Shown: piece by piece, positions 7,310 through 14,892 of the stretch | How positions within the stretch are numbered: the stretch's first letter is position 1 | Layout of the letters: each line of letters starts with the position of its first letter | Assembly: GCA_963693365.1 (NCBI GenBank) | Contig: CAVNZM010000062.1 | Location: forward strand, 1 to 22,107 | Reading direction: 5' to 3' | DNA: 22,107 nucleotides | DNA from: Amoebidium appalachense | Lineage: Eukaryota > Protista > Ichthyosporea | The notes under the pieces: generated by a model | What the model was told of the DNA's origin: nothing | The model's database searches: none | What the model saw: the letters and a program-made list of their open reading frames with translations, nothing else | Program-made: the position numbers and the translations under genes

Positions 7310-8662
7310 TTATGCGACATTTGCTTCTACCACAGAAAATGTAAGTGTCAGGTCACCAAAGACCCCGTTTACCACGTTTCTGTGCCGTGCAACGTCCTGC
7401 CCCGTTCGCATCAGCCGGTCTCGGAGGCAGGCTGTCCACACGTCCTCGCCACGAGGGACATGCTCAACCACCAGTATCACGGCCCCAGTCCGGAAAACAA
7501 CGCTTTCGCATATGCTCACAGGAGGCTCGGGGAAGTACGAGTTGACGCACATCGAGGCCACCGTCATGTTGCGCACACGAGAAAGGTCGTTGTCGCTGCA
7601 CTCCAAGTATCCCACTGCTGTTCCCCGCGCGTCCACTACTACCCCTTGTCCCTGGTCAACACTCCCATCCACGTGCAGGTACTCGATGCTGCGCGCACGG
7701 ATTCCGATGTATCCGGAGAACCCGTTCAGCCTCACGGTTCCTAGGTGTCCCGGATGCACCAGGTCCAGGTTCATGTCAAACACGCTGTCCACGCGAAGGC
7801 GCCGCAAGCCAGCAGGCAGCGGAACGCACGCCACCGTAGGACCCAACAGCTTCACGCACAGTGCCTGGATGTCCGGCGGGAGTCTTTCCAGCTGCGCATT
7901 GTCCATCTGGCAGGTAAGCGTGCGCACTCCGCTGGGCAGCGCCTTCATGCGGCCTCGTGGTGCATAGGCGTCTACCACGGTGGGGGGCGGCTCGATGTGG
8001 AGGTCCCAGCCGCACAGGCGTAGCGTCCGCAGCACACGGAGATGCCCTAGAGGAACATGGTGACTACGCATGCTCGCAAAATCGATGTCTAGCCGCTCCA
8101 ACCGCGACAGGTCGCCCCGGTAGAGCCCCTGTAGAATCTTGTCGTCATGTTCAGCGTTCCGCGCCTCGGTGTAGCTGGAGTTGTACGTGCTTATATGGAG
8201 CTCGCGGACCCCTAGTTCGGCCGCTGTGGCCCATGCATGGTAGAACCAGTTCGCAGCGGGTACCTTGTAGCAGGCAATAGCGAACGACCTTATTCCCCAG
8301 GCATAGGCCTGCTGGATGCAGCGGTAGTTGTCCTTGGTCAGGAGGATGCCCTCCGGCACCGCTTTCAGGGGTTTACGGTGGCGTGCGACGTGTGTTGCTG
8401 CCGCAAACCAGAGTCTGTTTGTCGTTGCAATCCTTGCAAGGTCGCGCGCTGGCAACCATTCAAAGACATGCTCGAGCAGGTCTCGGCATGCAAATACACG
8501 AGGACAAGGGGGTCGGTTAGTCTTCGGCCCCCGCCTTGGACCGGTCTTTCTTTTTTCCGCGTTTCGTTTTGCTCTGTGTTTTTTTGCTGCGCTTGGCCCT
8601 GGGCTTGGGTTGGGGCTTGGTTCGCTGGCGCTTGCCCCTGCCTGGCGCTCGCTTGGGTGCAT
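7310..8662 (-). CDS. F-box protein with LRR-like C-terminal region (start uncertain)
   Basis: RVFACRDLLEHVFEWLPARDLARIATTNRLWF is F-box-like, followed by LxxLxI/LRxLxL segments. In-frame ATGs at 8662 and 8791 overlap the upstream gene. Confidence 0.72.
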   Translation of the reverse strand: MHPSERQAGASASEPSPNPSPGPSAAKKHRAKRNAEKRKTGPRRGPKTNRPPCPRVFACRDLLEHVFEWLPARDLARIATTNRLWFAAATHVARHRKPLKAVPEGILLTKDNYRCIQQAYAWGIRSFAIACYKVPAANWFYHAWATAAELGVRELHISTYNSSYTEARNAEHDDKILQGLYRGDLSRLERLDIDFASMRSHHVPLGHLRVLRTLRLCGWDLHIEPPPTVVDAYAPRGRMKALPSGVRTLTCQMDNAQLERLPPDIQALCVKLLGPTVACVPLPAGLRRLRVDSVFDMNLDLVHPGHLGTVRLNGFSGYIGIRARSIEYLHVDGSVDQGQGVVVDARGTAVGYLECSDNDLSRVRNMTVASMCVNSYFPEPPVSICESVVFRTGAVILVVEHVPRGEDVWTACLRDRLMRTGQDVARHRNVVNGVFGDLTLTFSVVEANVA

Positions 8663-9150
8663 CTTTCTTCCGCCTCTTGCGCTTGGCCTTGCGGGATTTC
8701 TTGGTGTCCGTGTTGCTGTTGCTGTCGCTTTCACTGTCGCTGTCGCTTCCACTGCTGCTGCTGATACCACTGCTTCTGCTGGCGCTGCCATCTGGATCTG
8801 ATTCACTGTCCGACGACAGCTCCTTATATACCTCACGGGCCTTGGTCACGTAGCGCCTGCGTAGAATTGGATTGATGTCCGATGGGTGCATCACCACCAC
8901 CCCATCCAGACCAAGGTTGTCTATTGCATACTGCCGAGCGGCAATGTCGTCTAGAGGGTCCACGTCAGAGGCGCCCACCCTATTGTTTACGTTGACAAAC
9001 GTCTGCGGATCGCTTTTGGCGCCATTGAAGAACGAGCTGTCCGAGTTCCGTGCTGTTGTTGCTGCCCTCCACCTCCTCCAGCAACACCTTTTTCGGGGTC
9101 TTGCTGCCTTCTTCGAGAAGGGTATACTGTTTACGAGGACCCATATACAT
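8517..9150 (-). CDS. Hypothetical protein with Ser/Asp-rich tract and Lys/Arg-rich tail, apparently frameshifted near 9040-9060
   Basis: The ATG 9150 frame gives MYMGPRKQYTLLEEGSKTPKKVLLEEVEGSNNS (stop 8980). Protein-like sequence continues in the 8517..9335 frame (NSDSSFFNGAKSDPQ...SSDSESD...KKSRKAKRKRRKK). Confidence 0.55.
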
Positions 9151-9154
9151 GAGC

Positions 9155-9436
9155 CTACAAATTCACAACCGAGGGAGGTGGCGCTACGCTGGTAGGTGGT
9201 GTGCGTAACAGGTAGAGGTAGGCAATGACAAGCAGCGCCAACAACAGACTTGCAATGGCGCCCATGGCAACACGGCGCCACCAGCACGCGTCGCGCTCGT
9301 ACTGGTGGTGCGCATGGACGTGCGAGCCCGTGCACACCAGCGCGGGCGTGTCCTCCATTATGGTGACCCTGAACTCGGTGCCCACAGGCTTGTCAACTAG
9401 CATGTCGCCCCGTACAACAATGTCTTGTGGCTTCAT
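9155..9436 (-). CDS. Small single-pass membrane protein, 93 aa
   Basis: Hydrophobic stretch VAMGAIASLLLALLVIAYLYLL preceded by WWRR. Confidence 0.75.
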   Translation of the reverse strand: MKPQDIVVRGDMLVDKPVGTEFRVTIMEDTPALVCTGSHVHAHHQYERDACWWRRVAMGAIASLLLALLVIAYLYLLRTPPTSVAPPPSVVNL

Positions 9437-9470
9437 CTGATAATGAACGGAACTTTAATATTTAAGCTCA

Positions 9471-10139
9471 CTATGTGGATCCAGCCGGCGCTTGCGCTGC
9501 GCTCACGTACACATTGTACGTGTCAGTCCCTGTGATGAGCACGCTGACAGTCACGATGTTGTTGGCTGGGACCGTGCCGTACGTCTTGGAAGCGTCCTTG
9601 ATTGTGGCCACAGCGTTGCCCTTGTTCAGCACGGTGAATGTGTGCAGGCTACCGACAAAGCCGAGGTTGGAAACTGTGGTGCCACTGACGCCCACCTTGG
9701 TAAACTGCAGGGTAGCATCGCCGGCATCCACAGTCACAAACCCGTTGCGGATGGAATCCACGGTGATTGCATTGCTCGCGGCCTTCACGGGCGTCTTGCC
9801 GTTGTGCTGCACGACGTTGCCCACCTCGTCCACGCTCAACACGGTGCGGCCATCCACGGTCTTGAGGTTGAGCAGCGCAGCATCGGTGAAGTACTCGAGC
9901 CCGGTTCCATTGGCCACAGCCTTGCGGTTCAGCTTCAGGGTGCCGTTGTCGACGGATGCAACCGTGAAGGTCTCGCCTCCCACCTGAACACCTTGTCCTG
10001 GGCGCAAGTACTTGACTTCGGGTGCGGACAGCGTGTCATCTGTGAGTGTTGCCGCGCTAGCCCCCTTGAGTCCCCCGGCGGCGTGCGTCTCAAAGACGGC
10101 ACTTCTCAAGGTGTCGATGTTCGAGTTGACCAAAGCCAT
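9471..10139 (-). CDS. Beta-rich Thr/Val/Gly/Ala/Asn protein, candidate virion structural (fibre/spike-like) protein
   Basis: 222 aa, no Cys or Trp, alternating hydrophobic patterns, strong GC3 bias. Function inferred from composition only. Confidence 0.75.
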   Translation of the reverse strand: MALVNSNIDTLRSAVFETHAAGGLKGASAATLTDDTLSAPEVKYLRPGQGVQVGGETFTVASVDNGTLKLNRKAVANGTGLEYFTDAALLNLKTVDGRTVLSVDEVGNVVQHNGKTPVKAASNAITVDSIRNGFVTVDAGDATLQFTKVGVSGTTVSNLGFVGSLHTFTVLNKGNAVATIKDASKTYGTVPANNIVTVSVLITGTDTYNVYVSAAQAPAGST

Positions 10140-10206
10140 GTTGATTATAAGCGAACAAAATAAAAAAATTGCACCGCCACGCAGACATTTTCACCGCACT
10201 AGCCTA

Positions 10207-10449
10207 ATGGACACCCAGTTCCTCCTCGCCCTACTCATTGGCCTTGTCTTGGGATACTGGATCGCAACAAAGTGCGCTCCTCAGCCACCACCCCCACCGC
10301 CACCCCCCGTCCGCGTGGTTCCCAAAAAACAACCAACCAAACCCCAGAGACAGCCTACACAAACCGACAACAGCGGATACGAAAGGCATCCAGAGCCTCT
10401 CGCTGCGCACACGGACACGGGTGACAACTGGGAGGGCATGAATCTGTGA
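10207..10449 (+). CDS. Small N-anchored membrane protein with poly-Pro, 80 aa
   Basis: MDTQFLLALLIGLVLGYWIAT followed by eight Pro. CATTTTC lies 21 nt upstream. Confidence 0.75.
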   Translation: MDTQFLLALLIGLVLGYWIATKCAPQPPPPPPPPVRVVPKKQPTKPQRQPTQTDNSGYERHPEPLAAHTDTGDNWEGMNL

Positions 10450-10459
10450 TGTCTGTGTT

Positions 10460-10834
10460 TTATTTCCCAAGGTAGTGTCCCCGGTCAACTTCCACAAACC
10501 CCTCCAAGTTGACCCGCGAGATCTTGGGCACAGGCGCTCCTTCCACTGTTGGCTCCAGGGCGGGGGTCTCGGTGGGGTCCGGGTCCTCGGTTTTTGCGGG
10601 TTCCTGTGGCGGCGCAGGTGCAGGCCTCTCTGGGTCAGCCGTCTTCACCGCATCTCTCACAACAAACGGTCTGTCGGGATCAGGTGGTGGGGAGTCAACC
10701 CGCAGCAGCGGCCTGTGCAGTGGCCGCCACTCGGGCCGTCTGTAGGGGGCTGGGCGCACGTCCCGCCTCTTATTCCCCGTAAGCACCTTACCTACAGCAT
10801 AAAGGGCGATTGCTCCCAGGACCATCTCAGCCAT
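10460..10834 (-). CDS. Pro-rich protein with N-terminal hydrophobic anchor, 124 aa
   Basis: MAEMVLGAIALYAVGKVL. The stop codon lies within AATAAA. Confidence 0.72.
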   Translation of the reverse strand: MAEMVLGAIALYAVGKVLTGNKRRDVRPAPYRRPEWRPLHRPLLRVDSPPPDPDRPFVVRDAVKTADPERPAPAPPQEPAKTEDPDPTETPALEPTVEGAPVPKISRVNLEGFVEVDRGHYLGK

Positions 10835-10853
10835 GCTGTGCTAGGAGATAATA

Positions 10854-11132
10854 TCAAACGAGCGCACCAGTCTGTATGTCGGCCTTCAGTGCCCGCAGCT
10901 CAAGCAACAAATCGGCTATCACATCAATCTGCTGCAGCTGCTGTTGTGCCTGCTGCACATCTGCTGCCGTTTCCAGCCGAGCCCTGTTTGCCGCATAGGC
11001 ACATAAAGTGTTTTGCGCCCGCAATACCGCATCATTGTACCTGTCCAAGAGTTCCGTACTGAGGCTAACGAAGTTCTGGTTGCACACGGCACAAATGTTT
11101 GACATGTGCAGTGGGGGGAGAAAATCAGGCAT
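10854..11132 (-). CDS. Hypothetical helical protein with CxxC (start 11132 or 11105)
   Basis: MSNICAVCNQNF...QQAQQQLQQIDVIADLLLELRALKAD has an amphipathic/coiled-coil pattern. Confidence 0.65.
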   Translation of the reverse strand: MPDFLPPLHMSNICAVCNQNFVSLSTELLDRYNDAVLRAQNTLCAYAANRARLETAADVQQAQQQLQQIDVIADLLLELRALKADIQTGALV

Positions 11133-11161
11133 GTCTGTTTGGATTTTTGCTTGAGGCACAA

Positions 11162-11358
11162 GGTGTGTGTGGGTGGGTGCGTGTGGGTGTGTGGGTGCGT
11201 GTGTGTGTGGGGTGTGGGGGTGGGGGGGTGCGTGTGTGTGTGGGTGCGTGTGTGGTGTGTGTGGTGTGTGTGTGCGTGTGTGGTGTGTGGGTGCGTGTGT
11301 GTGTGGGTGCGTGTGTGTGTGGTGGTGTGGGTGCGTGTGTGTGTGGGTGTGTGTGTGG

Positions 11359-11389
<31 letters not shown>

Positions 11390-11392
11390 GGC
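11162..11392. repeat. Compound (GT)n/GTGG/GTGC microsatellite ending in poly-G
   Basis: About 230 nt almost entirely G/T on the + strand. Confidence 0.95.
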
Positions 11393-11650
11393 TGAACGTC
11401 CTTTTGGTTCACAACGACATGAACGTTTATTTTGAAGGAGAGTTGACACAACCAACCACAATATGCATATTCCATGGTTTATTCAAAACGAAAGATGTTG
11501 GTTCACATTGACGGTATACATATTCGATGGATTATCAAACATTACAACTGCATCTGCTAGAAATATGTCACACTTCGTTGTTGTCTTCTCAAGATACGCA
11601 CAGTTTGTTGCTAAACAAGTTTGCAAATCGGTAGAACCCATACAGACATG

Positions 11651-13057
11651 CTAGCCATGCACACGAAAACATTCCATGTCAACATTGTCACATGGTAGGG
11701 GCAGAATAAACCTTCTACAATCTACGGGTTTCCCATCCACAAGAACAGTGCCTACATCCTTGCACCAGATCTCCGTTTCCCGATAGTCTCTCCCAAACGC
11801 CCGGAAATTTACGATTGGAATGTTGACGAGTTTGACAAACTCGAGTTGTGGCAGGAGGGGGAGCCCAAGCCCGGGGGAGTCGTCTGGGTCTTCCTTGTTG
11901 ATGAATGTCAGGCGCCTGATACTTTTTTTCAGTTTCAGGACCTCGGCGATGTTGTTTTCCGTGAAGGGGACCACCACGGTCTGCAAGCTCGCCGGTCCAG
12001 ATTTCTCCATCGTCCAGTTGAACCTCTCTAGTGCACAACTGAATTCCCGCACACCGACAAGTACGAGCTCCCCCTCGTTTTCGTACCTGAAGGTTCTCTC
12101 AGGTGCCTCCATAGTGTCCATGTAGTGCTCGATGGTAACCGTGTCGCACTGCTCGGCCCTGCCCCTACACTGACGACACCCAAAGGCTACCCTGCGTACC
12201 CCCCGTAGCACGTCAAACTCCAAGTGCCCATACCCAACCACGCGAACGTCCCGCAGATTCGCACAGGTCGCTAGTCCGACAATCTTGTGCACCGCGACGC
12301 TGTCCTCCCCAAAGCCGACTTGCACCAGGTCGCGGACCGGCACAAAGGGCCCTGGCAGCCAACTGGCCGCACAAATGCCAGCAAACGTCACGTGAAGAAC
12401 TTCAATGTTGGAAGGGACCTTGAGGGTCACGCAGTGTAGATCGTTGGGGGAAAAGGGCTTCCTACGTGTCAGCTTGACGCGCAGTTCGCGCAGGTGTGTA
12501 AACACAGAGAAGTCGAATGTTGGGCAGTGCTTGAATGTGGATAACTCCCCGTCGAAATGTGTGAGTGCTTTTGGGAACAAGGACATCATGTCATCCGACA
12601 GCCCTATGGTTGTTCCACGGTTGTTTGGCGCGCTCACTGTTTTAACACGCGTGGCGCACGGGAAAACACTGAGAACCTCGGAATCAATACAGGTGTCTGC
12701 GCACTCATACTGCACCAGCGTCAGATCCGTCACGGCTGGAAACCGGAGCCCCGAAGACAGCAGCCAGATGTGCAGTGGGGGTATGCGAAGCGCCGTTGCA
12801 CACACCTCTCTGGCAAAGCGCGCCGCTGCTCTGCCGTGGCGCAGTTGCACGGATCGTTCCTGATGTGGTTTGCCACACAGACTAACTGCGAAGACGGAAT
12901 CGGGCCTTCCCAACGAGGCCCTGAACAGGGAGCGGAAATGCCTGCATGTCAGGGACGCGGCTAGCAGGCTCTTGCTGTCCATGAACCGCGCCACTTGCAC
13001 CAAAATGTCGTCGTGAAGATAGAGCGGCTGAACGTGTTTGGTTGATGTGGCGCCCAT
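11651..13057 (-). CDS. F-box protein with LRR-like region and predicted N-myristoylation motif
   Basis: LHDDILVQVARFMDSKSLLAASLTCRHFRSL is F-box-like. LRR-like units include FPAVTDLTL, FTHLRELRV and LPQLEFVKL. N-terminus is MGATSTK. Confidence 0.85.
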   Translation of the reverse strand: MGATSTKHVQPLYLHDDILVQVARFMDSKSLLAASLTCRHFRSLFRASLGRPDSVFAVSLCGKPHQERSVQLRHGRAAARFAREVCATALRIPPLHIWLLSSGLRFPAVTDLTLVQYECADTCIDSEVLSVFPCATRVKTVSAPNNRGTTIGLSDDMMSLFPKALTHFDGELSTFKHCPTFDFSVFTHLRELRVKLTRRKPFSPNDLHCVTLKVPSNIEVLHVTFAGICAASWLPGPFVPVRDLVQVGFGEDSVAVHKIVGLATCANLRDVRVVGYGHLEFDVLRGVRRVAFGCRQCRGRAEQCDTVTIEHYMDTMEAPERTFRYENEGELVLVGVREFSCALERFNWTMEKSGPASLQTVVVPFTENNIAEVLKLKKSIRRLTFINKEDPDDSPGLGLPLLPQLEFVKLVNIPIVNFRAFGRDYRETEIWCKDVGTVLVDGKPVDCRRFILPLPCDNVDMECFRVHG

Positions 13058-13372
13058 GGTGCTGTATGAATTCTGACAAGGCAGCAGTGGTGCAGCGCCT
13101 CTATGAGTGACCCAAAAGCGCCCAGGGTGTGAAATATCGGCATGGTCATCCGTGTCAATTTGGACTCGCGAAAAGCGCTAGGAGTCGAGCAAATGTACTC
13201 CCAAATAAACTTTAGACCTATTGTGTGATGGATGAAACACCCAAATGTCTATAATTTAGAGACTTTCTCTCAAGAGATCGGAACAGTAAGCGGACAAGAA
13301 TACATATGTGCACGAGTTGACACCCTGGCACAATTTAAATGTGCAATCTGACTCCCACACTTTTTGCTTTGG

Positions 13373-13592
13373 CCAATAAAACGTTCAGCGCATTCCCACC
13401 CAATCGAATCGCTTTTATTGTTGCATACTTGCTAACCAGAGCTATCCAATCACAATACACCAATCAAATCGCTTTTATTGTTGCATACTTGCTAACCAGA
13501 GCTATCCAATCACAATACACCAATCAAATCGAACACCTGCACAAGGTGACTACCAATCGAATCGGACTTGTCATGATCATAAATCTATATGT
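13373..13592. promoter_or_regulatory. CCAATC box cluster
   Basis: CCAATC at 13400, 13446, 13460, 13506, 13520 and 13553; CCAATA at 13373; CTATAT near 13586. Confidence 0.6.
13411..13530. repeat. Perfect 60-bp tandem duplication
   Basis: 13411-13470 equals 13471-13530 (GCTTTTATTGTTGCATACTT...CCAATCAAATC). Confidence 0.97.
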
Positions 13593-13825
13593 CCCAGAAT
13601 GGCGCCGATCTCTTGTACATCAATATTACGATAATCATAGTAACATTTGATTGTCAAAGAAACATATCTAATGTTGTGCCTGTACAGGGCATGTGGCGAA
13701 AAACCAAGACATCATCTTAGACCCAAAGCCAACCAAAGCAAATTTAAATAAACATACATGTGACATCCCTGAGCATACACCGCGATCCCCCCCCCCCCCC
13801 TCCCTCGGATGATCAGGCTAATATC

Positions 13826-14866
13826 TCATACATCTTGGTGAGCTAGCGGTGTATAATACATAGGGCAGCATGAAACCGCCCACAAAAGCGACACTTGTAT
13901 ATGGTTAACTGGGCACCCCCCCCCCCCCCCAATGGGGCAGTCAACCATCCTGCATCTGCGCTGCGTAGCTCTCGAACACGCTCTGCGTGTACGCTTCGCG
14001 CTCCCCCCGTACTTGCCCAGCACCTTCCAGCTCCCCCGCGTGTGTGCGGCAATGTCCAGACCCGCTGCCCATGCCATGGCCTCGCGCGCGCTCACCCCCA
14101 GGTCGAACACACGCGCGCAGTCCCAGGGATGCCGCAGCCGCACCTTGAAGCACAGCACTACACGGCCCTCCACGACGTGCCCGCTCGCTGCGTGCCACGC
14201 CTCGCTTGCTGCGCCCGGAACCACGAACACGTCAGCGTCCTCGCCCGCGTGGTGCAGCAGCACCGGCGCACCCAGGAGGCCCTCCACGGTCCGCCGGAAC
14301 TGCGCGCCCGTGGCCCACATGGGCACGGCCGCCCGCAGTTCCTCGACCCCGTCCGTAAACACGTACAGCCGGGCTGCCGTCGGCCACGTTGCCATCTCGT
14401 CCCTTAGCTCTTGGGAAAGTTGCTCCAGGTCCGGCTCCAGCGACCACAGCACGCTGTTGCTTGTAGCTGCGAGCTCAATCCGGTTCCACGCCTCCACCAC
14501 GGCCTCCATGCCCGCTGCGCGCTCATGCCCCGAGTAGCAGCCTTGGTCCCGCACAGTCTCGCCAAGACGTGCCACAGCCGCCTGCAGCGCCCTGATGCAG
14601 TCGACCGCCACAAGGCACTCGTAGTGCCTTAGCGCGCACACGTGCATGGCGTGCCGGCATGCCATGTCGCCCATCAGCGCCCGGCCGGCTTCGCACACCT
14701 CGCTCACAAGCCACCGCAGGTGCCGAGGCGCCCGCCCGTCGTCCAGTCGCTTCTGCAGCGCATTGGTGCCGGCCGTGGCCGCCGCAACCCCCTCGTGCGC
14801 AGGCCACTGCTCCACCCCCCTGCTAAACAGCACAAAGACGTCGAGAATAAACCGCACACACTCCAT
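13826..14866 (-). CDS. Hypothetical GC-rich protein (MECVRFILDVF...); 3' end possibly frameshifted, with true stop at 13941
   Basis: Long ORF, Ala/Val/Glu/Arg-rich helical N-half. An alternative frame after the CACACAC run near 14045 gives a more natural tail. Confidence 0.65.
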   Translation of the reverse strand: MECVRFILDVFVLFSRGVEQWPAHEGVAAATAGTNALQKRLDDGRAPRHLRWLVSEVCEAGRALMGDMACRHAMHVCALRHYECLVAVDCIRALQAAVARLGETVRDQGCYSGHERAAGMEAVVEAWNRIELAATSNSVLWSLEPDLEQLSQELRDEMATWPTAARLYVFTDGVEELRAAVPMWATGAQFRRTVEGLLGAPVLLHHAGEDADVFVVPGAASEAWHAASGHVVEGRVVLCFKVRLRHPWDCARVFDLGVSAREAMAWAAGLDIAAHTRGSWKVLGKYGGSAKRTRRACSRATQRRCRMVDCPIGGGGGCPVNHIQVSLLWAVSCCPMYYTPLAHQDV

Positions 14867-14892
14867 GTCGCTCTTTATTCTACACAGAACCA

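Noticed and set aside
9475-10163. Plus-strand ORFs of 170 and 223 aa
   Set aside because: Antisense shadows of the codon-biased 9471..10139 gene.
10919-11511. His/Thr- and Cys/Val-rich ORFs
   Set aside because: Translations of the GT microsatellite.
13167-13174. CGCGAAAA E2F/SCB-like site upstream of the F-box gene
   Set aside because: Single short match that could occur by chance.
13339-13650. 103-aa ORF with duplicated peptide
   Set aside because: It spans the 60-bp duplication and CCAAT cluster, so it is better explained as regulatory DNA.
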